Part shown: piece after piece, positions 24,754 through 36,945 of the stretch | Layout: every line of letters starts with the position of its first letter | How positions within the stretch are numbered: the stretch's first letter is position 1 | DNA from: Patellaria atrata CBS 101060 | Lineage: Eukaryota | Length of the DNA stretch: 64,000 nucleotides | Assembly (NCBI GenBank): GCA_010093705.1 | Contig: MU006097.1 | Span: 796,298 to 860,297, forward strand | Direction of reading: 5' to 3' | Position numbers and translations under genes: made by a program | The notes under the pieces: generated by a model | The model's input: the letters and a program-made list of their open reading frames with translations, nothing else | Told to the model about the DNA's origin: nothing | Databases searched by the model: none

Positions 24754-25241
24754 TTTGGTAGAAGCTTTACTCTTTGATCGCTCAGTTAATGAGAGAGATA
24801 ATACGTGTACAGCTGTAGTCTCAAGAGTAGAGAGTTCTGAGAATTCTTTGACGCTGTTATAAAATGATTTCTATTTCGGGTTTAAGCGAAATGAGGCCGA
24901 GAAAGAGCGTCAACGGCGACCGCGTAGAACACTCGAACTATCAATCCCACCCATCCCCTAGCACTCCACCCACAATTCCCCCCACGACATAACATATTGT
25001 TCTATTATCTTCTTTGGGTTTATTTTCCGACCTCCTTGTTGGTTGCAGACGGTCTTTTTTGCTCTCCGCAGTTCAACGGTCGACTCCTTAACAACCTTCA
25101 ACACCAAACGCGATACACACAAACACCGGCGAAAACCCCTCCACAAATTTCTGCTCAATCTTCCTTGTTCGAAATACAGAGATCGCATCATCTATTCTAA
25201 ACCGCAATTTGACACGTCGAAACACTCATAAGATCGTCGCA

Positions 25242-26033
25242 ATGGGTGGTTCAATCTCGAAAATGATGAACAGGATCTTCGGATCGAAGGAGATGCGCTT
25301 GTTGATGTTGGGTCTGGATGCTGCGGGCAAGACAAGTACGCACATCTTCAACCCAGATATTCAAAACAGATCATTCATGTTATATATTCACAATCGCTGA
25401 TATGGAGTTCTACAATAGCTATCCTCTACAAGCTCAAGCTTGACCAAGAGGTCACTACCATCCCCACAGTGGGATTTAACGTCGAGACTGTTACCTACAA
25501 GAACACGAAGTTCAACGTTTGGGATGTTGGTGGTCAGGACAAGATTCGGCCTCTCTGGAGGCATTACTTCTCCGGTACTTCCAAGACCCCTCGACCCTCA
25601 CCAGTCGCGAGCCAGTCCTATGCTTTCAGGTGAACGGTTTAGCTAATACAATATATGCAGGCACACAAGGGCTCATCTTCGTCATTGACTCCAGCGACCG
25701 CGAGCGCATTGAGGAAGCCCGCACCGAACTCGCCCGCATCATCCAAGATCGGGAGATGAAGGATGCGATCCTCCTTGTGTTTGCGAACAAGCAAGACATC
25801 ACTGGAGCTATGAAGCCCAAGGACGTCTCAGACAGACTACAGTTGGAGAAGATCGCAAAGGATCACGTGTGGAAAGTTGAGCCCAGCTGTGCCACAACTG
25901 GTGAGGGTATCTTCGAGGGCCTGGTACGTACACACAATCCACACAATCTCAGCAGGGGATGTAATGAGTGAATCGGTGACTGATTGACATGTAGCATTGG
26001 CTCTCCGCAAATGCCAAACTCCCTCCCAAATGA
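25242..26033 (+). CDS. ARF6: ADP-ribosylation factor 6 (ArfB/Arf6-class small GTPase)
   Basis: MGGSISK myristoylation start; [48 protein letters not shown]; introns at about 25336-25418, 25575-25660, 25924-25994. Confidence 0.93.
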
Positions 26034-26623
26034 GGTCTCACCAGTAACGTTGCCTTGATCTAACGCATCGCTTCTTGCTATCGTCACACTACCCAACACC
26101 TTGTTTTCCGTGCCTCAAAACCCCGTCATGTCATGTATCATCTGGTTCTGCATATACCCATCTTCGATTCTCCGTCCCCTATTCACAAGAACAAGTTTAA
26201 TTCTATTACGAAGCGAGTCACTCGGTGTTAGCGTCTCATTTGTCTGGTCTGGGATGACGGCCACCTTTCTAGTTATGGGTTTGGCATTTTCCTGTTTATC
26301 AGTTTGGGGACCATTGTGCGGACTTGTCTGATGTCATCCGCTTCAGTAGCATAATATTCAAGGTGTTGGGGTTTCTGTTTGGCGTGCTCTAGTTCTCGTC
26401 CTTCGATATATGACTGAGGCTAGTACATAATGATATCCCCTGCTTTGGGGCATTTTCCACTGGAAATATGTTTTGCTTGCACGTTTGGAATTGTTTTGTA
26501 CGTATCCGTCACAGGTGAACATCATCGATTGCGCAAGCACCCCGAAGAGTTCGTTATCAATTTGTCTACACCAGATGCTCGACGTCAACTCCTCACTCAC
26601 ATCCGCCATCTCCCCCTCACCAG

Positions 26624-28202
26624 TCAATTATGGTTTAACTCGCAAAACGCCTTGAACGTCACAAACTCCTCCCCTTCCGCCTCAAGGACCAACTCCGCCG
26701 TCGCCCCGACAAAATACACATACCCTTCCTGCACCTCCTGCTGCTTCGGTCCCACGCTGATCTTCCCCCTTCCCCTCGTACAGATGACAATACTAGGCCC
26801 CTGAATCGGTTCAAACGTCGCCTTTGCCCCCTCCCTCTTCAGCTCCGTCCTAACGACCGCAAACTCCTCGATCGGGGGATCATACAAAGTCGCGCTGCTG
26901 TTAGCCGAGTACGCGGCCGCATTAAGCGCGACGTAGGGATACGGCACGGGCTCCATTTTCTGCTCCTCGATCGGCGCATACGAGTACGTGAGCATGGTCG
27001 TGAGGGTGTCGACGTCCTTGAACTTGGGCGTGAAGCCGGCGCGCACGACGTTGTCGGACGACGCCATGCACTCGATTATGTCGCCGGAGAGGTAGGCGTG
27101 GATGTCGTCCGCGCGGAGGAACATGGCTTCGCCGACGGTCAGCTTCACGTAGTTGAGGAAGAAGAAGACGAAGAGGCCAATGTCGTTCGGGAACTGCGTG
27201 TTTAGGCGCTCGATCACGGATGCGAGCTCTTCGCCGGAGTTGGAGGCGGGGCCGCCGGCCGCGAAGAACGCGCCGGAGGATGAGGCGAGCGTGATGAGGT
27301 CTTTGGCTGCCGAGGCGATGGCGTCTTTGTTGGTGTTCATGAGGGCTGTGAAGAGCTTTTGGAGCGCTTCTTTGTTGGTCTTGATGTCGGATTCCGAGGT
27401 GGAGGTCTCTTTACCCTTGATTGTGGTTTCGAAGGCGTGGGCGGCGTCTTCGCCGACGAGCCAGCGGAGGGGCTGCACCGTCGAGAGGAAGTGCGATATT
27501 TCGGCCAAGGGACGGAAGCCGCAGAGGCCGTCGAAGGGGGTGATGGCGATGGTCATTTCGGGCTTGTGGTTGTCGTCTGATATGTGTTAGATTCTATATC
27601 TACCCTTTAGGGGAGAGTAAGGGAAGGGGCAAAGCGAAAGGGAATTAAGCACCAGGATAGTTCTTGGGGTCCTTTGCGTGCAGTTGCTCAGCGAGCTTCT
27701 TATTAGGATGAGCCTGAATGCTCAAGGCCTTTCCGATAGAGAGGACTTTGAACAGGAAAGGGAGTTTTTCGCCGTACTTCTCCGCGATCTCCTGAGTCAT
27801 GAGAGCCTTGTTGGTCTGAACGAGGTCAAGCAGGGTGCGTTTGGTCTCGACATCCTTGGATGGGTTGGAGGGGTGAGTTCCCATCCATAACTGACGTTAC
27901 TGTGAGATGATCGATTTCATATTGCAGAGGAAGTTGATAATACCTCTGCGTACGGTTTTTCCTCCTGAACTGTTAGGTCATCGGAGGGAGTTGCAGCTGC
28001 AAAACGAGCTGCTGCTGATTCTTTGCCAATCTTTCCTGCGCATATTCAGTTTGAAGTATCTTTGCTGCCAATTGAAAGCCCCGCAAAGGGACGACGCACC
28101 CCAGTCATAGCTGTTCACACCTGGAGAGTGGTTAGTAATCTGTTCTATGAGGGGGTTTGATATTTAGATACCGCATTGGAGTCTGATTAATGGAATCTGC
28201 AT
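26624..28202 (-). CDS. PMI40: Mannose-6-phosphate isomerase, type I
   Basis: [73 protein letters not shown]. Confidence 0.95.
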
Positions 28203-28610
28203 TGTGATATAGGTTCAATTAGCTATTAAATGTTTCTTCGAGGAAATTTATGATGCAGTTTTTTTCTGCGGGATGTGTGATGCTGACCTGCATCCATCTC
28301 TCTAGTCCAAGTCCGGATTCAACGCCACAAAGGTTCGCGGGGGTTGAAATAAGGTTAGGTAGGAGAAGGACCGTTTAAGCTGCGGCCTGAGCGTTTCAGG
28401 CCTCTTTCATTCGTCCATGGTTTCCATTGTTTGTATAACTACAGCGCTCCTAGCAGTTGATTCTTCCCGTTCTTAACAAACCTTCCATTCCGTCTTGTCC
28501 TTTCTTATAATTTCTATCAGCTACAGTTGCGCCTTCGCTTTGTGAACTAGGGAAAAATCACTGAAGCTTGGGTTGTAAATGAACCTTTTACCTTTGGTTT
28601 ATCATATAAG

Positions 28611-30345
28611 ATGGCTGCACGCAACCGTGGTCCTCGATCGGGACAGGTCAAAGATGATGCCAACGAAGAGAGAAACCTATGGAACCAATTGAGACAGGAC
28701 GCGAAAAAAGTGGACACTCTGGTGGTAAGCTTGTTTCTGACTTACCATCCACGCAGAAGACAGTCGAGGGTCGTCCTGTTGTTTCTATAAAAGAGTTGAA
28801 TCGTCCAAATCTATCGTCAACTTCGTCAGTGTATGCCAAAGACACTGCTTCGACAATCTCTCGAGAGGCTAGGATAAATCAGACCAGTGTTCCAGAAGGA
28901 ACTTGGGATAACATCTTTGAACCACTTCGTGAGACTGATAAAGATGCCCACACTTCGGCTTCAGCATCCAGTCTGTCAACGGCGATTACAGGCATCGAGA
29001 GTCCTGGGGCTACACGAGCATCGTCCTCTAGGTCGTCGAGTGCAGTTTCGGGCCTTGAGCATCTTTCAACGACTCCTGCTTCGATTGCTGGCCCGTCGGA
29101 TGCAGTTACAGATAGAGAGGGAGGCCCGACTCCTCCAGCAGCAGACAGCAGAGCAGAATATTTGCAACTACTCTGGAACTACATTCGGGAACTCGAACTT
29201 GGAGTTGACAAGCAGAAGGAAACTTTTGAATTGCTCTCGTTCTACAAGCTCAAACTAACATTCGTTTCCACCCAGGCCAAATCAGACGAGATCATGATGA
29301 AGGTCGAACAGCTCGATAGAGAGCAAGAAGAGCACAAAGGTCTAGACACCCTTTCCCATCCTAAGTCTTGTTCCCCTAACAATATTGACAGCCCGTTACG
29401 GCTCCGACAACCCAGACATCGACGACCAACTCGAAAAACTCCACCGCGATAACGTCCGCCTCTGCAGCCAGATCGAAGAACTCACGACCGGCGAATCCGA
29501 CACGCAGCTCTCCATCACCAGCTCCCTCGAGCTCCTCGCCGCCCTACGCGAATCTAGCGAAGCAGACGTAGCCTCCCGGACCGCTTCCTCAGGTAGCAAA
29601 CCGTCGCGGAACCCGAAGCGCAAGTCCGAAGCTACCAGCGTTCAAGACGATAGAGAGAGCATCGTGGCAGACAGCCCCGGCGTGCCCTCGCCCAAAGTTG
29701 CCGTCTCGAAGGACGTGAGCAGGCTCATGGGGAAGACCTCCAGCCGCGCGGGATCCGTCCCCGCGACCAGAGAAGCAAGCGTGAAAGCCGAAGAAAGGGA
29801 CGGCGACGGAAAAAGTACTACTACCCCCTCTCCACCCCAACCTCCCTTTCCCACCTCCTACCCCCAACACCGAACCCAAACACGCTAACACCACCACAGC
29901 ATCCCTTCCCCGCCTCCCAATCGGCACCGAAGTCTTCTACCGCAACAAAAAATCCTCCCCCGAAGGAGAAGGCATGCTCTACATCGTAACCTCGATCCTC
30001 GACCCGCCGTCCAACCCCTCCTCCACCGCGCCGCCGAAACCCCGCCGCTACGAGATCAAAGACGCCGACGCCGAGTCCACCAACCCCGGCCCCATCAAAG
30101 CCTACCCCCGCGACATCATCCAGATCCCCCAGTCCAACGCCAACCTGCCCGATATAGCCGGCGTCGCGGGACACGGGAAACGAGTCCTCGCTCTGTATCC
30201 TGATACCACTACTTTCTACAAGGCGGAATTGATCGGAGGGAACCCTAGCGAGGGCTATGTCAAGTTGAGGTTTGAGGGCGAGGAGAACGATGTTGTGGAT
30301 AAGGAGGTTGAGAGGAGGTATGTGTTGCCGGATGTGGGGAAGTGA
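28611..30345 (+). CDS. SGF29: SAGA-associated factor 29 (coiled-coil N-terminus, tandem Tudor C-terminus)
   Basis: MAARNRGPR...EERNLWNQL; C-terminal RYEIKDAD, VLALYPDTTTFYKAE, LRFEGEE...EVERRYVL; introns 28725-29275, 29340-29391, about 29815-29899. Confidence 0.88.
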
Positions 30346-30925
30346 GGGTTTGACCAGGGAGGCTTGATGGGGGGGCGTTATGTGCAAGGCAACGGTGGTA
30401 TTCTTGGAAAATTAAGTCTAGAACGAGCGGCGGAGTGGTGCTCTGACTATAAATGCCCCGTCGTGGGCCTTAGCTAGGGGAGGTGCGCATAAAGTATGCA
30501 TAGATATCCTTATTTGAGATAAAGCAGAAAAAAAGTATATTTCCCTCCAAGAACGATATTGAATTGAAACTAGGTTACATTGCACAACAAACCCAAACAC
30601 GGAGCATTTTCCCTATTATCTATCTACGTGTCGAAAATGCGGCCCATAGCCTCGTTCCGAGTGGTAAAGGCCGGGTAACACTAAGAAAAATACAACATAC
30701 GACACAGTGATCCTGAGATTTACTCACCCAAAATCTACTATGTCATATGAATAAGATCAAGCGCTCATTTGTCGTTTCTAGCACTGCTAGTATTGTCATT
30801 AAGCCGTCTTCCTATCGCTTATGAACAGCTGCTTTACGGTCGCTGCTCACCGTCTCTGTCCATGGTCTTCGCTTATCCCGCGCATATGCTTCTCCCAAGG
30901 GCGGAACAAAAAGTTTGTAGACTTT

Positions 30926-31793
30926 CTAGCACTCGCTCATATCGGCACGGGAATTCATCAATAGTGCGACGATGAGACCGTAAAGACCTATTTCGACTGT
31001 TAAGAATGCATAGACGTGTAGTGGTCATTGATAACGTACCCAGGACTTCGGCAAAAATGAGAATCAAAATCATGCCGACGAACAATCTCGGTTGTTGGGC
31101 AGTTCCACGTACACCAGCATCACCGACAATACCGATAGCAAAGCCAGCGGCAAGACCGGCAAGACCAACAGAAAGACCCGCACCGAGCTGGATGAATCCC
31201 GTATAAAGCGACGTTTCTTGTTTCAGATTATTGGAGATGAGCACGGAAACGACGAGACCGTAGATGGCAATGATACCGGCCATAATAACGGGGATAATGT
31301 CTGATATCTGTTATTTCAATGTCCTTTCAACCACTAAAATGTTTATGCGTACTCTTAACGATCAAATCTGGTCGAAGGACACCCATTGCTGAGATACCAA
31401 CACCGGCCTTGGCGGTACCGTAAGCGGCGCCGAAGCAGGTGAACACAATGGCTGAGGTACAACCCATCGCTCCGAAAAAGGGCTAAAGAGCTCATGTCAG
31501 ATTATGATCCAGTCTGATGATGCTACTTGATGGGTATTGGGCGTGGAAGATTTCTCCGTGTACGCTCCTTAGGCGGCGAAACGTTCGTGATGGAAGGTAT
31601 GTTGGTTAACTTACGGCATAAACAGGGCTGTCAACATTCTCTATTAGCTGTATTCTCTTTTGTACAATGATATGAACGCAGGATCAATATGTTACAGTCG
31701 CCCTTATAAGCTCAAGCTTATCTCAAAAGCAACTCCGCTGCCTGCGTTCGTTATTGTCAGGGAGAGCACTTACCAAGCGTCTGAGATAACCAT
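30926..31793 (-). CDS. VMA3: V-ATPase 16-kDa proteolipid subunit c
   Basis: [36 protein letters not shown] ... [30 protein letters not shown]; exons 31793-31774, 31627-31615 (13 nt), 31482-31353, 31300-31040, 30987-30926. Confidence 0.96.
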
Positions 31794-32048
31794 CTTGCCG
31801 GCTTTGTTTGAACTTTCCTAGAAAGGGGGACGATTTAATGACGGGAATATAGGGATGGAGATAGTAACGGTTGTAGTGGATGGGTTGCTGGGGGTGATAG
31901 ATGGATGACGGATGCTTTGAGGTTTGAGCAGAGTGAAAGCTGGAGACGAGAATGGCTTGGCGCACTACCTGCACTGCGCTAACGTCAAAGCTCCAGACAT
32001 TTAAGAAACTTCTTAACTTACCAGTCAAACTTTGCTATAACTCAGTCA

Positions 32049-32070
32049 CAATCGCAATCGCAATCGCAAT
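32049..32070 (+). repeat. (CAATCG)3 short tandem repeat in the VMA3/SNU13 divergent promoter
   Basis: caatcgcaatcgcaatcgcaat read directly from the sequence. Confidence 0.7.
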
Positions 32071-32219
32071 ATCAATAGGTACTCCGCACTATTCTACTAT
32101 ATAGTTTCATAGTCAGCTAATCTTCTTCTTAGAGGGCGAGCTCACGCAAGGAACCCTCTATTAAACCCCTGAAACCCGAAGCTTTTTGCGCACCGCACTT
32201 CTCGTCGAATAATTATAAA

Positions 32220-32984
32220 ATGGCAGACCAGAATGACGTCTCCGCCGCATGGCCCCTTGCAGATCCTCGTACGTATATACTTTCCCCAGAAAGAAAGAAT
32301 AGGGAGCCTTCACGAGGATATTGTAGCTGACTATCCCATATAGCGCTAGCACAACAGATCCTCGACCTTGTGCAGCAAGCCTCGCACTATAAGCAGTTGC
32401 GCAAAGGTGCCAACGAGTACGTACAAATCCTCGCCTTCACATTGCTCCTTTCTCTAGAACTCGTTACTCGAACCTGGATTTAAACCTGGTGCTGAAACTT
32501 TTTCAAAACCTAAGCGCACATATATTCCTAATTAAACCTCAACTTTTAGGTCAAGGCCTAATACTAACAAAAACTCCAGAGCGACAAAGACGCTGAATCG
32601 AGGTGTCTCCGAAATTATCATCCTCGCGGCTGATACCTCCCCCCTCGCAATCCTCCTTGTAAGCTCCCTCCTTCAGCTTGATACATCCAAAGTGATTTGT
32701 GCTCCCGCTAACGATGCGTAGCATCTCCCTCTTCTTTGTGAGGACAAGAACGTCCCCTACGTCTACGTCCCGAGCGTAAGTCTTACCACTTCCCATATGC
32801 GTTCACAGTTTAGAACCCCCCAGGTACACAGAGGCTAACATTCAACCCATAGAAAATGGCTCTGGGTCGTGCCTGCGGCGTCAGCCGTCAGGTTATTGCG
32901 GTATCGATTACGACAAACGAGGGCTCAGATCTTCAAGGCCAGGTTAGGGCCCTTAAGGATAAGGTTGAGAGACTTATGATATAA
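32220..32984 (+). CDS. SNU13: Snu13 / 15.5K K-turn-binding protein (L7Ae family); 5 exons; missed by the ORF track
   Basis: [79 protein letters not shown]; exons 32220-32268, 32344-32416, 32580-32658, 32722-32775, 32853-32984. Confidence 0.96.
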
Positions 32985-34826
32985 GAGATGAGGCGAGAAG
33001 GATGAGCTATGAGAATAGGATATCCGAATATAAGGGGTAGGTGAAAGAGATATGAATGCTTGATGAACCCTTGAGGCATTGGGATTCTCCATATCACGAT
33101 TATACCAGGAATGAAATTGAATTCAAATGGAAGATAGGGTGCTTATGTGCCTCCATTGCAAAGTAGGAGTTGAAATGCGTGAAGATGTAGACCTTACCAA
33201 GATTTACTAAATGTCATCCACCTATGTGTAGGATTAATCTACTTCATTACTTTCCTTCAGCCATCAATTCGTGAAGTGTTATGACTTCATACAATCTGTA
33301 GTTTGAATTGCTCCTTGACCAACTATGCCAGGGTGGACTTTTCCTTCTCACTAATTATTTTGTAATAGGAAAAGCTTTGGTTCAAAGATATTCTTCACCC
33401 CTATCTAAGTTCTTGAATGCCTCATCAGTGTATACGTTGAAGGGTATATAATCTAAGACTGTAAGTAGGTGTGAAACAGAACAGTAATGATATATACCAT
33501 ATTGAGCCATTCCATATCATGATACCGCAGCGGCTGGTAATATTCCCGACAAAGGGAACCATTTACGAAGGAGTGGATCGTAAATAAAGACAGTGGACTA
33601 TTGAAAGTATCAGTAGTAATGATAGATACACCTATAGTGGCTGCTATAGCATGAAATTATAGAGTATAAATGGAATGGTAATTTCCTATTATGTAAAGGT
33701 GGAAATTTGATTAGCCTAATCTATAGTCAGCAGTTTATTAAGCTGCAGCAGAATACGCAGGTCCTATTAAATGGAAGATAATTCTCCGCAATATGAAACA
33801 CCAAACATAGCCGCTGAGGATAGCTGAGGAACGGAATTAGAGAGACTCAACCTCACAACTGCGGTGATAGAATTGGCGCCGGAAAAACAAGAAAATGATA
33901 TCTAGACTTGCATAGTAGAGAAGTAGGATTGAAAGAGGAATAGAGGATTATTGGGATGTGATTGTTTTGGTGTTGATCAACTTGATCACACCTCCTTCTT
34001 CGAATTGTGATTGGCAAAAGACGTTGGATAAGCCAGGGTGAAGCGGCGGCTATAACCGTGATAGTCGTAACTTGTCATGCTATGGTAGAGACCGAGTTAA
34101 AGGCCATCTCGAAGCCATTCTTCCGCACTTCTCCAGTTTTGTCTTCTCCTGGTGGACGGTTGATTATTAGTGAACTCCAAGCGCGGGTCCAGCACTGACT
34201 CGAGTCTCAGGGACTTCCATTGTGAACTCGTTATATCTGACGAACATTCCCCGGAAGGAGGCCTCTGGAGACGAACTTCCAGCTCTGTCCTTTGAAATTT
34301 GCCACGTCCTTCTTGCTGTATTGTCCATGACATCTGCGTCGCGGGAAGTCACAGTACAAGTCTCACAGATAAGGTACCTGTCTTACAATACCAAGGGGTA
34401 CTGGTACCGGTCCCCTCACTTTCTCGACGTATCGATACGTGAGACGTGAGGTGGAGGCGTCCAGTCTACGGTAGAACTGCTGTGGCCGTACGCGACAACT
34501 TCAACACCACAACTTCAGATCGATTCTTCCACATCCAACAATCCGGCCAGCAAGCAAGATCTTTATTATTGATTGGCGACGGCGTGTGATTTGTTTCCAT
34601 TCAAACATATTGGTCCGCAGGTCGGAACCAATCTATCTGTTCTCCCAAAGACCCAAACGCGAGCCTGAAACCACAGGGGCAGAAGTCTGGCCAGCTTGGG
34701 GTCCGCGCCCTTTAGATTTTGTCCAAATTCAGCAATAGAGTCTGAGAGTCTCCAGGACCAGCAATAACTGCATCACCACTTCTCTGCAAGCCGGATCATG
34801 TGTACGTGGAGGATTCATATTCGACC

Positions 34827-35936
34827 ATGTCTCCTCAACCGATAACTTCTTCTCCTCCGTCCGGTGAAAGGACGCGAAGTGAAGAAGCGGACGTCATGTT
34901 ACCTCGACAACAGCTGCTTCAGAGCCCTCGTCTACTTGCGACCCTTGATGAGCAGATCTCTGACGATCTCTCACATTCACAGATTGAGCAACACGAAGGG
35001 TCTCACGTGGAAAGGGTTCTTCACGAACCGAATCCCCGCCCTGTAACCCCTCGAGCGGCGACAGACCCTTCAATACTTCTTCATCCCCACAACCCACTGT
35101 CTTCGCAACCTCGTAACCGATCACCTTACTCGAGAAGTCACCTGCGATCACACTCGAGCTCTGGCCCACTCAGTGCCCCGCCTATGGCCAGAGCCCGCTC
35201 ACTACCTTCAGTAAACACCTCAGGTCAACTATCTCCTCTTCCACGACTTCGTTCCTCAAGCCCTCTTCGATCTCCCGGTCGCCCTCGAAGCCCATTGAGA
35301 TCCTCTCTCGACGAGCTATACCCACTACCAATGACACCTACATTATCCGGCTTCGATATCGAAAGTATATCTGAGGATTCCGTCCTCGATATCACCCCGC
35401 GTCCTGCATCTGAGAGGTCCTACACTGGACCACTCCAAGTGCTCTCGATGAGCCACAGCAACAGTCTCCCCCGAACTCGACGACGGCCAGCATCTCCACT
35501 TCATCAAGTTACAAGCATGCCATTTGGAAGCAATGGCCCAAGCACACCGACCTCGGCAACAAGCTCACCCTCGCTCTTAGCAACCAAGTTCAACGAAGCG
35601 TTTCCCATGAGCCATTACCCGTCCTCATTCTCCTCGTCATCCGTACCTTCCACGCCTACCTCAATTCGATCACGCAGCCCCAGCATCTCAAGTCTCGAGA
35701 CCATTCCCGATTCACCTGACGCGGAAGAAGCAGCGATTGAGGAGGACAATATGGCACGTTTGAAAGCTGCAGCGGAGGCAGCGGAGAATGGAGATAACTT
35801 CAAGGTCGAACCTCCCCGTGGACGTAGCTTCGGTTTCGGAAATCGCGACAAGCGCAAGCGATGGAGTGTCTGCGGAGCGGAACGTAGGGGTGATTTGAAC
35901 CTCGACACGATCTGGGAGGACGGAAAGGATGCGTAA
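34827..35936 (+). CDS. Intronless, disordered Ser/Pro/Arg-rich fungal protein with a conserved-looking C-terminal motif
   Basis: 369-aa ORF from ATG 34827; SRSPSISSLETIPDSPDAEEAA and KRKRWSVCGAERRGDLNLDTIWED resemble a family of hypothetical Pezizomycotina proteins. Confidence 0.8.
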   Translation: MSPQPITSSPPSGERTRSEEADVMLPRQQLLQSPRLLATLDEQISDDLSHSQIEQHEGSHVERVLHEPNPRPVTPRAATDPSILLHPHNPLSSQPRNRSPYSRSHLRSHSSSGPLSAPPMARARSLPSVNTSGQLSPLPRLRSSSPLRSPGRPRSPLRSSLDELYPLPMTPTLSGFDIESISEDSVLDITPRPASERSYTGPLQVLSMSHSNSLPRTRRRPASPLHQVTSMPFGSNGPSTPTSATSSPSLLATKFNEAFPMSHYPSSFSSSSVPSTPTSIRSRSPSISSLETIPDSPDAEEAAIEEDNMARLKAAAEAAENGDNFKVEPPRGRSFGFGNRDKRKRWSVCGAERRGDLNLDTIWEDGKDA

Positions 35937-36945
35937 AGCACTCAATCTGCGTCTCCAAGCGACAGAACACATCACACACACTTATACCAGAATATAAATA
36001 TATCGGAACCCCACTGGAAACGGATTGCATTTTCATTCAACAGTCACATACGGAGGCTTCTGTGGCTCATAGTAAACCGGTGTTTTCGGAGTTTTGCTCT
36101 TTTACTTACTCACTTTACGGGACGATTGCATGGTTGCATGAGAGCCACGATACCCACGCTGATTAATGGAGCAGCACTTGAATGGTTAGGCACAGGCTTT
36201 GTAGTTTAACACTCATACTGATGGATGAATCGAATGGAATTAGATATACGAAAAGCGAAAGTCCCCTCTTTGTTGTGTATTTTGTGAGATCTTGAAAATC
36301 CGTGTCGCTCTCGAGATGCTAGATACAAATATTTTCCCTGCTCCGACTCACTTTCCTTTCCTCTTTTACCATTGAGACAATCTCCATTTATGGCACCCGC
36401 ATCGCTTCCGTTTCCAATTCAGCGTGCTCCTCTTTTGCGTCCAGCCATACTGCACTATCACGTCCTCATCTTCCATCACCAACTACATAACCTCCTTCGA
36501 CATTCTCTCTTTGCCGCCTTCTTCCTCCCCTTCCTTCCAAAAGGATTTCCCTAGCTCGGAAAATTAAACTTACAGCTAAGGCTCCATTAAATTCTATCCT
36601 CGAATCCCTTTTCTCGATCAAGGGTTCTATACGCCAGGACATTGTAGCGAGATGTGAGTTCCCCAGAGCGTTAGGGGCGTGAATTTGGGGTCTCGTTCCA
36701 AGGGGATGTGTCTGTATGAAGAACGCGTTGTACGGGTCTATACCTTAGCCTGTTATGCAATCTTATGGGTATACAGCGGAGAGGAAGGCCATGTGGACAG
36801 GAAGGGTACGGTAACCTGCCGGTGCTACTGGGAAGGGAATGGGAGACGAGAGCTATCTCTAAAGTGAGAGTCGTCACTCCATATAAGCTCGAAATGCACA
36901 CGTAGTATGATCGACAAACCGACCAGTTCAAACTCCATCGCGCTT

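Noticed and set aside
33000..34000. AT-rich intergenic tract as a possible RIP-degraded transposon
   Set aside because: No terminal repeats, target-site duplication or transposase/RT remnants visible.
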